From a phage: 40,778 bases of DNA. The notes beneath the pieces were generated by a model. That model searched no databases. It was not told where the DNA came from and saw nothing but the letters and a program-made list of their open reading frames with translations. Within the stretch, counting starts at the first letter, position 1. Every line of letters starts with the position of its first letter. Of this stretch, positions 19,339 through 27,338 are shown piece by piece. Both the position numbers and the translations under genes were made by a program. The stretch lies in the sequence record PZ179885.1; one strand, written 5' to 3'.

Positions 19339-19544
19339 GTGAATACTTACGGGTCCTAGCGGCCCTTAAGTCCTGCCCGAAGACCTTCCAGTCCAACTAT
19401 GTGCGCAACAACGCTGCACTTGTGGCTGAGGCTGCGAGTCGTGGACATCTGAGCTGCCTGTCTATGGACGGGCGTAACAACGGTGCGTGGGAGATTACCG
19501 CTGCTGGCACCAAGTTCCTGAACCAACACGGAGGCTGCCTGTGA
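19335..19544 (+). CDS. 5.7: gene 5.7 protein
   Basis: 69 aa; LKSCPKTFQSNYVRNNAALVAEAASRGHLSC...GAWEITAAGTKFL is nearly identical to T7 gp5.7. Confidence 0.92.
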   Translation: MSEYLRVLAALKSCPKTFQSNYVRNNAALVAEAASRGHLSCLSMDGRNNGAWEITAAGTKFLNQHGGCL

Positions 19545-19990
19545 AGATACCTGAAAGTCTGAAAGAGCTTGTCCTTGACATGGGTGAGTGCGAGAAGGAG
19601 CACCGCAAGTACGCTGAGTTCTACGCATCTTGGTCATACACCTTGACAGAGAAGGACGTTGAGTCATACACCGAGTCTCCCGCTGAGGCTTATGAGTGGC
19701 GTCCGTTCATCGGACTGACCATCGTAGCTAGCGGTATGTGGGATGACAGATACGGTTCAGAGGTAAACGACTGGGACGTGTGCCGCCAAGTTGAGAAGGA
19801 GACTGAGATGTCTTCAAACTTCTGGAACCTGATGTCACACCTCAACTCAGAGGATAATGACATGGCCCATGAGTTCGCCAACAAATGGCTGAAGCCTGAG
19901 GTGACTCTGGAACGTATTGAGGAGCCTAAAGTTCCCTTGCTGCCATATGCAGTCGCTATGGCTACAGGAGGTCTGGACGATGGGTGCTGA
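19541..19990 (+). CDS. acidic hypothetical protein at the gene 5.9 position (GTG start assumed)
   Basis: 150 aa from a GTG overlapping the 5.7 stop (GTGA); rich in Asp/Glu; no recognisable similarity to the 52 aa T7 gp5.9. Confidence 0.5.
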   Translation: MKIPESLKELVLDMGECEKEHRKYAEFYASWSYTLTEKDVESYTESPAEAYEWRPFIGLTIVASGMWDDRYGSEVNDWDVCRQVEKETEMSSNFWNLMSHLNSEDNDMAHEFANKWLKPEVTLERIEEPKVPLLPYAVAMATGGLDDGC

Positions 19991-20849
19991 GAAGAAGATA
20001 GCTCTTGTTCTTGATGGCGATTACCTAGTATTCTCTTCTATGGCTGCTGCCGAGGACGAGACAGACTGGGGTGATGACATCTGGACCCTTATCTGCGACC
20101 ACGAGAAGGCTCGCCGTATCCTTGAGAACACCATCGCTGAAATCGTTAAGAAGCGCAAGGCGTGGAAAGACGCTAAGATTGTGATGTGCTTTACTGATGA
20201 TAACAACTGGCGTAAGGACGTTTTGCCTACCTATAAGGCTAACCGTAAGGGTTCTCGCAAGCCTGTAGGTTACAAGAAGTTCGTAGCCGAAGTGATGGCT
20301 GACCCACGGTTCAACAGCTTCCTGCGTCCCACGCTTGAGGGTGATGACTGTATGGGTATCATCGGGACCAGACCTCAGATTGTCGGATGTGACCATGCGG
20401 TTCTGGTGTCCTGTGATAAGGACTTCAAGACCATCCCGAACTGTGAGTTCTTCTGGTTAACCACTGGTGAAATCCTGAGTCATACGACTGCTGAGGCAGA
20501 CTACTGGCACATGGAGCAGACCATCAAGGGAGATACTACAGATGGCTACGGTGGCATTCCTGGAATGGGTGAGGACACCACTCGTGTGTTCCTTGACGAG
20601 CCGTACTACTTCGTGCAGGAGAGCCGTGAGCTTAAGACTGGTAAGAACAAAGGCCAGATTAAGACTGAGTGGAAGAAGTATCCGAAGCGTGAAGACATGA
20701 CGCTGTGGGACTGCATGGTTACACTGGCTGCTAAGGCTGGCATGACCGAGGAGGAACTTCTGGTCCAAGCTCAGGTCGCTCGTATTTGTCGAGCCTCCGA
20801 CTACGACCCTAAGTCCAAGGAGGTCATCCTATGGACACCATCCATGTAA
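19980..20849 (+). CDS. 6: 5'-3' exonuclease (gene 6)
   Basis: CDHEKARRILE, FTDDNNWRKDVLPTYKANRK, SCDKDFKTIPNC, QTIKGDTTDGYGGI, TLWDC and AKAGMTEE match T7 gp6. Confidence 0.95.
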   Translation: MGAEKKIALVLDGDYLVFSSMAAAEDETDWGDDIWTLICDHEKARRILENTIAEIVKKRKAWKDAKIVMCFTDDNNWRKDVLPTYKANRKGSRKPVGYKKFVAEVMADPRFNSFLRPTLEGDDCMGIIGTRPQIVGCDHAVLVSCDKDFKTIPNCEFFWLTTGEILSHTTAEADYWHMEQTIKGDTTDGYGGIPGMGEDTTRVFLDEPYYFVQESRELKTGKNKGQIKTEWKKYPKREDMTLWDCMVTLAAKAGMTEEELLVQAQVARICRASDYDPKSKEVILWTPSM

Positions 20850-20923
20850 TTTACTGGGTCGGACTTCTGGCCCTTTACTGCATGTACAAGTGGTTCGGGT
20901 CGAACAACCGTCCTAAACACTGA
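20831..20923 (+). CDS. small hydrophobic protein (gene 6.3 position)
   Basis: 30 aa; MDTIHVIYWVGLLALYCMYKWFGSNNRPKH; overlaps the gene 6 stop. Confidence 0.35.
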   Translation: MDTIHVIYWVGLLALYCMYKWFGSNNRPKH

Positions 20924-20975
20924 GTCTAACCGATAGTCATATCCTATCAATCCAACAGTCATCCATAGGTGAAAC

Positions 20976-20998
20976 ACTAAACTATCACTATAGGGACT
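20976..20998 (+). promoter_or_regulatory. phage RNAP promoter (phi6.5-like), +1 G at 20993
   Basis: ACTAAACTATCACTATAGGGACT. Confidence 0.8.
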
Positions 20999-21059
20999 TT
21001 AGGACCTAAGATATGACTATAAGATAGACTTTAGTCTTAACTTAAAGAGGAGATTCAAG

Positions 21060-21332
21060 ATGGCGATTAATGCTATTGAAAACGTTGTTAAGCAGTTACA
21101 GGAAGAAAGACTTGATGTCCCGAACATCTCACAGTCTGCTATCCAGTTCCTGCACGTATTGTTCAACGCAAGCTACGCTGAGAAGATGGGAGCTATCAGT
21201 CTCCTCAAGCAGCAAGGCTACAGCGATGCGTTCATTGCCGGGTTCATCAAGGGTCTCCAGTATTGTTCTGACACTCTCGACTCTGCGATTGCTATGCGTC
21301 GTGAGCTGAAAGATACCGTTCAGTTCGATTAA
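21060..21332 (+). CDS. 6.5: gene 6.5-like protein
   Basis: 90 aa; AGAGGAG RBS; positional assignment. Confidence 0.6.
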   Translation: MAINAIENVVKQLQEERLDVPNISQSAIQFLHVLFNASYAEKMGAISLLKQQGYSDAFIAGFIKGLQYCSDTLDSAIAMRRELKDTVQFD

Positions 21333-21346
21333 CTGTAGGAGGGACT

Positions 21347-21571
21347 ATGTGTTTCAGTCCGAAGATTAGCACTCCGAAGCCTTCGGTCCAAGCACCTGAA
21401 CCAGCACCTCTGAGTGAGGAAGTTGCGTCAGTTGACATCGGGGCTGAATCGGATGTGGACACCAACGAGACCAAAGGTATCAAAGACCTGAAGGTCAAGA
21501 AGGAGTCTGCACCTAAAGATAAATCGTCAGTTAGCCGCGCTATGCGAGCCTCTGGCGTCAACATGGGGTAA
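21347..21571 (+). CDS. 6.7: gene 6.7 virion protein
   Basis: N-terminus MCFSPKISTPK matches T7 gp6.7 MCFSPKIKTPK; EPAPL is conserved. Confidence 0.85.
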   Translation: MCFSPKISTPKPSVQAPEPAPLSEEVASVDIGAESDVDTNETKGIKDLKVKKESAPKDKSSVSRAMRASGVNMG

Positions 21572-21575
21572 GACA

Positions 21576-21980
21576 ATGCTACCATATCTCAACTCACGCG
21601 AAGGTCGGCACATGTGCGCTTGTCGCCTCTGGGAAGACGGGCAGTCTAACTTCAAGTCATTCGAGGACTTCAAGGCTCATACTTACCGTATGGCTGACGA
21701 GTTCGCGGGTGAAGAGTACACAATCTACGATGTCTCAGGTCAACCAGTAGCGTATCTCTACATGCTGGCTACCGCATCTTGGCACCGACCGACTCCCGGT
21801 CTTGACCTTTCAATCGTCGCTATTCGTCGTGACTCGCAGTCCTCCCGCAAGGTTCTTGAGACTGTCAGACACATCATAGACGAAGAGTGCAAGCGTTGGG
21901 GTCTTGGCTGGTATTCTCGTGTCAAGCATGTTTCCGGGTCGGTAGACATCGTAACAACTAAGGAGATTAATCGTGGGTAA
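21576..21980 (+). CDS. 7: gene 7-like protein
   Basis: 134 aa (T7 gp7 is 133 aa); positional assignment. Confidence 0.6.
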   Translation: MLPYLNSREGRHMCACRLWEDGQSNFKSFEDFKAHTYRMADEFAGEEYTIYDVSGQPVAYLYMLATASWHRPTPGLDLSIVAIRRDSQSSRKVLETVRHIIDEECKRWGLGWYSRVKHVSGSVDIVTTKEINRG

Positions 21981-22221
21981 ATCAATCAGTAAGGCATTCA
22001 AGAAAGTGGTGAAAAGTACGCTAGGGACCGTTGGTCTTGGCTCTGACGATGCGCCTAAGGTTGTTGAGGCTCAGACCCCAGCAGCACCAGTGGAAGTACC
22101 GAACGACAAAGTGGAGGATGTGGATACCGAAGTGGCTGCATCTGACGAGAAGAAAGTGAAGCGTTCTGGTAAGCGTAGCCTTCAGGTCTCTCGTACCTCT
22201 GGTGGCGGTATTTCTATTTGA
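21973..22221 (+). CDS. 7.3: gene 7.3 tail/virion protein (GTG start)
   Basis: MGKSISKAFKK... resembles T7 gp7.3 MGKKVKKAVKK...; the C-terminus SRTSGGGISI resembles T7 SSGGGINI; AAGGAG 7 nt upstream of the GTG. Confidence 0.8.
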   Translation: MGKSISKAFKKVVKSTLGTVGLGSDDAPKVVEAQTPAAPVEVPNDKVEDVDTEVAASDEKKVKRSGKRSLQVSRTSGGGISI

Positions 22222-22634
22222 CCGGGTGCATCGAGTGGAAGTGGGCCAAATCCTCAGCAGGATACGGGCAGAAGCGTATAGACGGTAAGTTAGTGTATAT
22301 GCACCGACTCGCTTACGCCGATGCGCATGGGCCAATACCAGACGGAATGCTCGTCCGTCATAAGTGTGATAATCCAGCGTGTTTCAACGTAAACCACTTA
22401 GAGTTAGGAACTCAGCGTGATAACATGCAGGACGCCTCAAAGCGTGGTCGCATCAATAAAACCAAAATGGCTAGAGGTGAAGACCAAGGGTTATCGGTTT
22501 TAACAGAAGACCTTGTTCGAGAAATCCGCAAGTCAACCGTAGGTTGTACAACACTGGCTCGTGAGCTAGGAGTTAGCAAGTCTACAGTTTTGCGTGTTCG
22601 CCAAGGTAAAACATGGAGGCACGTAGATGGCTGA
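22218..22634 (+). CDS. HNH homing endonuclease (gene 7.7 position; TTG start assumed)
   Basis: CIEWKWAKSSAGYG...HRLAYADAHGPIPDGMLVRHKCDNPACFNVNHLELGTQRDN; paralogue of 16171..16572. Confidence 0.8.
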   Translation: MTGCIEWKWAKSSAGYGQKRIDGKLVYMHRLAYADAHGPIPDGMLVRHKCDNPACFNVNHLELGTQRDNMQDASKRGRINKTKMARGEDQGLSVLTEDLVREIRKSTVGCTTLARELGVSKSTVLRVRQGKTWRHVDG

Positions 22635-24195
22635 ACGTGAAGGATTTGCTGCTGAAGGCGCGAAGTCAGTTTATGATAGATTGAAGAACGGACGACAGCC
22701 TTACGAGACCCGCGCACAGAACTGCGCTGCCGTGACCATCCCATCGCTATTTCCTAAGGAGTCCGACAACTCCTCTACGGAATACGTGACGCCGTGGCAA
22801 GCTGTAGGTGCTCGCTGTTTGAACAACTTGGCTGCAAAGCTGATGCTGGCATTATTCCCTCAGTCACCGTGGATGCGACTGACAGTCTCCGAATATGAGG
22901 CCAAGACCTTGAGTCAGGACTCAGAGGCTGCTGCTCGTGTTGACGAAGGGCTTGCTATGGTCGAGCGTGTGTTGATGGCCTACATGGAGACTAACAGTTT
23001 CCGTGTCCCATTGTTCGAAGCTCTGAAGCAGCTTATCGTCTCCGGTAACTGTCTGCTCTACATTCCAGAGCCTGAACAGGGTACTTACAGTCCTATGCGA
23101 ATGTACCGCTTAGTGTCCTACGTTGTTCAACGTGATGCTTTTGGTAACATCTTGCAGATTGTGACTCTCGACAAGGTAGCGTTTAGTGCTCTACCGGAAG
23201 ACGTGAAGTCTCAACTAAACGCAGACGACTATGAGCCTGACACCGAGCTGGAAGTGTATACGCACATCTACCGTCAGGACGACGAGTATCTGCGATACGA
23301 GGAAGTGGAAGGCATTGAGGTAGCAGGGACAGAGGGTTCTTACCCACTGACTGCATGTCCATACATCCCGGTACGAATGGTTCGACTGGATGGTGAAGAC
23401 TATGGTCGTTCTTACTGCGAGGAGTATCTGGGAGACCTGAACTCGCTGGAGACGATTACAGAAGCTATCACCAAAATGGCTAAGGTAGCCTCCAAGGTGG
23501 TGGGCCTCGTTAACCCGAACGGCATCACGCAACCTCGTCGTCTGAACAAGGCGGCTACAGGTGAGTTCGTGGCTGGTCGCGTTGAGGACATCAACTTCCT
23601 GCAACTGACGAAAGGTCAGGACTTTACGATTGCAAAGTCGGTGGCTGACGCTATAGAGCAACGTTTAGGCTGGGCCTTCCTTCTTAATAGTGCTGTTCAG
23701 CGTAATGCCGAGCGAGTCACTGCTGAAGAGATTCGTTATGTTGCTGGAGAACTGGAGGCGACCTTAGGTGGCGTGTACTCGGTACAGTCACAAGAGCTTC
23801 AGTTACCTATCGTCCGTGTGCTGATGAACCAGCTTCAGTCTGCTGGCATGATTCCTGACCTTCCGAAAGAAGCGGTAGAGCCTACGGTATCCACAGGTCT
23901 TGAAGCGTTAGGTCGTGGTCAGGACTTGGAGAAGCTGACTCAGGCAGTCAACATGATGACTGGTCTTCAGCAGCTATCTCAGGACCCAGACATCAACTTG
24001 CCGACCCTTAAGCTGCGACTTCTGAACGCTCTGGGTATCGACACCGCTGGTCTGCTGCTGACTCAGGACGAGAAGATGCAACGTATTGCTGAACAATCCG
24101 CTCAAGGAGCTGTGGTCAACGGTGCGTCTGCTGCTGGTGTCAACATGGGTGCTGCTGTAGGTCAGGGAGCTGGTGAGGACATGGCTCAAGCCTAA
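22627..24195 (+). CDS. 8: head-to-tail connector / portal protein (gene 8)
   Basis: 522 aa; long identity with T7 gp8 (YETRAQNCA, TPWQAVGARCLNNLAAKLMLALFP, YRLVSYVVQRDAFGN, VRMVRLDGEDYGRSY). Confidence 0.98.
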   Translation: MAEREGFAAEGAKSVYDRLKNGRQPYETRAQNCAAVTIPSLFPKESDNSSTEYVTPWQAVGARCLNNLAAKLMLALFPQSPWMRLTVSEYEAKTLSQDSEAAARVDEGLAMVERVLMAYMETNSFRVPLFEALKQLIVSGNCLLYIPEPEQGTYSPMRMYRLVSYVVQRDAFGNILQIVTLDKVAFSALPEDVKSQLNADDYEPDTELEVYTHIYRQDDEYLRYEEVEGIEVAGTEGSYPLTACPYIPVRMVRLDGEDYGRSYCEEYLGDLNSLETITEAITKMAKVASKVVGLVNPNGITQPRRLNKAATGEFVAGRVEDINFLQLTKGQDFTIAKSVADAIEQRLGWAFLLNSAVQRNAERVTAEEIRYVAGELEATLGGVYSVQSQELQLPIVRVLMNQLQSAGMIPDLPKEAVEPTVSTGLEALGRGQDLEKLTQAVNMMTGLQQLSQDPDINLPTLKLRLLNALGIDTAGLLLTQDEKMQRIAEQSAQGAVVNGASAAGVNMGAAVGQGAGEDMAQA

Positions 24196-24213
24196 ACTAT
24201 CACTATAGGAACA
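24191..24213 (+). promoter_or_regulatory. phage RNAP promoter (phi9-like), +1 G at 24208
   Basis: CCTAAACTATCACTATAGGAACA. Confidence 0.8.
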
Positions 24214-24284
24214 ACGTCTGGTCTACAATTTGTAGGTTTCTAGTACCGTTGTTCCTACCATTTCAATCAAAGGAGAATGACTCA

Positions 24285-25169
24285 ATGTCTCAATCAGTTT
24301 ATGCCGAGTTCGGCGTTAGCTCTAATGCAATCACTGGTTCCGTTGAGGACCTGAACGAACACCAGAAGTCTATGCTTGAACAGGACGTAGCTGTTCGTGA
24401 TGGCGACGATGCTATTACCTTCAAGCAACTGGAAGCCGAAAACGAAGAGGCGACCGAAGAAGACGAGAGCGTCGAAGAGACTGAAGGTGAAGAATACCAC
24501 GAGTCCGATGACGAAGAGTCTGAGACCGACGGTGAGCAGCCTGAGTTCGTCGAACTGGGTGATGCACCGAAAGAGCTGACCGAAAGTGTCACCGCTCTGG
24601 ATGAAAACGAAGCTGCATTCGACGACATGGTGTCTTCTGCTGTAGAAGCCGGCAAGGTCACTGCTGATGAAATTACCGCTATCAAGGCTGAATACGCCAA
24701 GGACGGTAAGCTGTCTGACGCATCCTACGCTAAGTTGCAGGAAGCAGGCTACACCAAGCGTTTCGTAGATTCGTTTGTCCGTGGTCAGGAAGCCTTGGCT
24801 GAACAGTATGCTGCTGGAGTGGTTCGCTACGCTGGTGGTGCTGAACAGTTTAATCGCATCCTGTCACACCTTGAGTCCAACGACCCGTCAACTCGTGAAG
24901 CACTGGAAGCTGCTATCGTTCGTAAGGACATTGCCACTACCAAAGCTCTGCTGAATCTGGCTGGCAAGACTCTGGGTAAAGCTGTAGGTGTTAAACCTCA
25001 GCGTACCATCACCACTCAGGCTAAACCTGTGGTAGCACCTAAGGCTCCTCAGACCGAAGCATTCAGCTCCAAGGCTGACATGATTAAGGCTATGAGTGAC
25101 CCGCGATACCTGCGTGACGCTAAGTACACGATGGAAGTTCGCGCTAAGGTAGCTGCCTCAAGCCTGTAG
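24285..25169 (+). CDS. 9: capsid assembly scaffolding protein (gene 9)
   Basis: Acidic protein; AKLQEAGYTKRFVDSFVRGQEALAEQY and IKAMSDPRY match T7 gp9; start chosen at the ATG 9 nt downstream of AGGAG. Confidence 0.9.
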   Translation: MSQSVYAEFGVSSNAITGSVEDLNEHQKSMLEQDVAVRDGDDAITFKQLEAENEEATEEDESVEETEGEEYHESDDEESETDGEQPEFVELGDAPKELTESVTALDENEAAFDDMVSSAVEAGKVTADEITAIKAEYAKDGKLSDASYAKLQEAGYTKRFVDSFVRGQEALAEQYAAGVVRYAGGAEQFNRILSHLESNDPSTREALEAAIVRKDIATTKALLNLAGKTLGKAVGVKPQRTITTQAKPVVAPKAPQTEAFSSKADMIKAMSDPRYLRDAKYTMEVRAKVAASSL

Positions 25170-25192
25170 GACTAAACTATCACTATAGGGAG
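25170..25192 (+). promoter_or_regulatory. phage RNAP promoter (phi10-like, strong late), +1 G at 25187
   Basis: ACTAAACTATCACTATAGGGAGA; full GGGAGA initiating sequence; upstream of the major capsid gene. Confidence 0.9.
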
Positions 25193-25297
25193 ACCAAGAG
25201 AAAGACTCAAGGTTTTCCCCTATTACTTCAGTCCATACGGATTGGGCGTACAGTAAGTAATAAACTTTATCTTTCAATTGAATAGGAGAATTATCAT

Positions 25298-26341
25298 ATG
25301 GCAAACGTTCCGGGTCAGAAAATTGGTACAGACCAAGGTAAAGGCAAATCTGGTTCCGACGCTCTGGCGTTGTTCCTGAAGGTCTTTGCTGGTGAAGTCC
25401 TGACCGCATTCACTCGCCGCTCTGTAACTGCTGACAAGCATATTGTCCGTACCATTCAGAACGGTAAGTCTGCTCAGTTCCCGGTCATGGGTCGCACCTC
25501 TGGTGTGTATCTGGCTCCGGGTGAGCGACTGTCCGATAAGCGTAAAGGTATTAAACATACCGAGAAAGTGATTACCATTGATGGTCTGCTGACTGCCGAT
25601 GTGATGATTTTCGACATTGAAGACGCGATGAACCACTACGACGTGGCTGGCGAGTATTCCAACCAGTTGGGCGAAGCTCTGGCTATCGCTGCTGATGGTG
25701 CGGTGCTGGCTGAAATGGCTATCCTGTGTAACCTCCCGGCTGCATCCAACGAGAACATCGCTGGTCTGGGTACTGCGTCCGTACTGGAAGTTGGTAAGAA
25801 AGCTGACCTCGACACCCCGGCTAAACTTGGTGAAGCAATCATTGGTCAACTGACCATTGCTCGTGCGAAGCTGACCTCCAACTACGTTCCTGCTGGCGAC
25901 CGTTACTTCTACACCACGCCTGACAACTACTCTGCAATCCTCGCGGCTCTGATGCCGAACGCTGCTAACTATGCTGCGCTGATTGACCCAGAGACTGGTA
26001 ACATCCGTAACGTGATGGGCTTCGTTGTTGTTGAAGTTCCGCATCTTGTACAGGGTGGTGCTGGTGAGACCCGTGGTGCTGATGGTATCACTATCGCTTC
26101 CGGCCAGAAACACGCATTCCCGGCAACTGCTGGTGACGACGTTAAAGTTGCTATGGACAACGTTGTAGGTCTGTTCTCTCACCGTTCTGCTGTGGGTACT
26201 GTGAAGCTGCGTGACTTGGCGCTGGAACGTGACCGTGACGTCGATGCTCAGGGTGACCTGATTGTTGGTAAGTATGCTATGGGTCACGGTGGTCTGCGTC
26301 CTGAAGCGGCTGGCGCACTGGTTTTCAGCCCAGCGGCGTAA
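25298..26341 (+). CDS. 10A: major capsid protein 10A
   Basis: 347 aa; NQGKG, LALFLKVF, GKSAQFPV, HTEKVITIDGLLTADV, AALMPNAANYAALIDPE and AMGHGGLRPEAAGA match T7 gp10A. Confidence 0.98.
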   Translation: MANVPGQKIGTDQGKGKSGSDALALFLKVFAGEVLTAFTRRSVTADKHIVRTIQNGKSAQFPVMGRTSGVYLAPGERLSDKRKGIKHTEKVITIDGLLTADVMIFDIEDAMNHYDVAGEYSNQLGEALAIAADGAVLAEMAILCNLPAASNENIAGLGTASVLEVGKKADLDTPAKLGEAIIGQLTIARAKLTSNYVPAGDRYFYTTPDNYSAILAALMPNAANYAALIDPETGNIRNVMGFVVVEVPHLVQGGAGETRGADGITIASGQKHAFPATAGDDVKVAMDNVVGLFSHRSAVGTVKLRDLALERDRDVDAQGDLIVGKYAMGHGGLRPEAAGALVFSPAA

Positions 26342-26472
26342 GCACTTTTAGCCAACCTAACGTCGCTACAGTAGCGGCTGCACCTGAAGAGGAGACTCTA
26401 ACTCCTCAACAGAAAGCTGCGCGTACTCGTGCTGCGAACAGGGCCGCTAAACTGGCTGAGTCCAACAACTAA
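25298..26472 (+). CDS. 10B: minor capsid protein 10B, predicted -1 frameshift product
   Basis: G GTT TTC at 26320-26326, the same site I recall for T7; the -1 frame is open for about 49 codons and stops at 26470-26472 just before the terminator. Confidence 0.55.
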
Positions 26473-26476
26473 TTGA

Positions 26477-26516
26477 AACCCCTTGGGTGCCTTCGGGTGC
26501 TTGAGGGGTTTTTTGC
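26477..26516 (+). terminator. Tphi-like late terminator
   Basis: AACCCCTTGGGTGCCTTCGGGTGCTTGAGGGGTTTTTTGC; GC-rich hairpin plus T-run, resembling T7 Tphi. Confidence 0.85.
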
Positions 26517-26535
26517 TTAAAGTGAGAGGAGACTT

Positions 26536-27102
26536 ATGGCTCAATACATTCCACTGAATGCTAACGATGACTTAGACGCCATCAACGATATGTTAGCTGC
26601 TATCGGTGAACCAGCAGTCCTACAGCTTGACGAGGGGAACGCTGACGTCTCGAACGCTCAACGTATCCTGCATCGTGTCAATCGTCAGGTCCAAGCTAAA
26701 GGCTGGAACTTTAACATCAACGAAGCTGCTGTACTGACACCTGATGTCCAAGACAATAGGATTCGATTCCTGCCGTCATACCTTCGTGTAATGACCGCTG
26801 GGGCCACCAGCTACTACAGCAACATGGGTGGATACCTGTACGACCTGTCCACTCAGTCAACCACTTTCACCGACCCTATCACGGTAGAGCTTGTGGAGAT
26901 GAAGCCATTCTCCGAGATGCCTGTGGTCTTCAGGGACTACATCGTCACTAAAGCTAGCCGTGAGTTCAACGCTAAGTTCTTCGGTAGCCCAGAGTCAGAG
27001 CTATACCTTCGTGAGCAGGAAGCAGAACTCTATCAGCAGGTTATGGAGTACGAGATGGACACTGGTCGCTACAACATGATGTCTGACATCGGGAGGGACT
27101 AA
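26536..27102 (+). CDS. 11: tail tubular protein A (gene 11)
   Basis: 188 aa; similarity to T7 gp11 (GWNFNINE, VELVEMKPFSEMP, YIVTKASREFNAKFFG, EYEMD). Confidence 0.95.
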   Translation: MAQYIPLNANDDLDAINDMLAAIGEPAVLQLDEGNADVSNAQRILHRVNRQVQAKGWNFNINEAAVLTPDVQDNRIRFLPSYLRVMTAGATSYYSNMGGYLYDLSTQSTTFTDPITVELVEMKPFSEMPVVFRDYIVTKASREFNAKFFGSPESELYLREQEAELYQQVMEYEMDTGRYNMMSDIGRD

Positions 27103-27329
27103 TGGCTAGTCACAACCTGAAGATTCACCGCCAGCACTTTGGTCCGGTACAGCTAGGCCTAAAGACAGCAGAGCTGAGACTTAACGACCGGGACTTTAAG
27201 GTTGGCGACTGGCTTATCCTGAATGAGTGGGACAACGGGTATACTGGACAACAGGTAGCACGTAAGGTTGTCCACATTGCTAACGTTGGTGACATAGCTG
27301 AGGGATACGTCCTAATGAGTATGATTTAA
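27102..27329 (+). CDS. DUF3850-like (ASCH/PUA-like fold) protein inserted between genes 11 and 12
   Basis: 75 aa; HNLKIHRQHFGPVQLGLKTAELRLNDRDFKVGDWLILNEWD...YTGQ fits the DUF3850 pattern as I remember it; start overlaps the gene 11 stop (TAATG). Confidence 0.7.
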   Translation: MASHNLKIHRQHFGPVQLGLKTAELRLNDRDFKVGDWLILNEWDNGYTGQQVARKVVHIANVGDIAEGYVLMSMI

Positions 27330-27338
27330 GGAGGGCCT

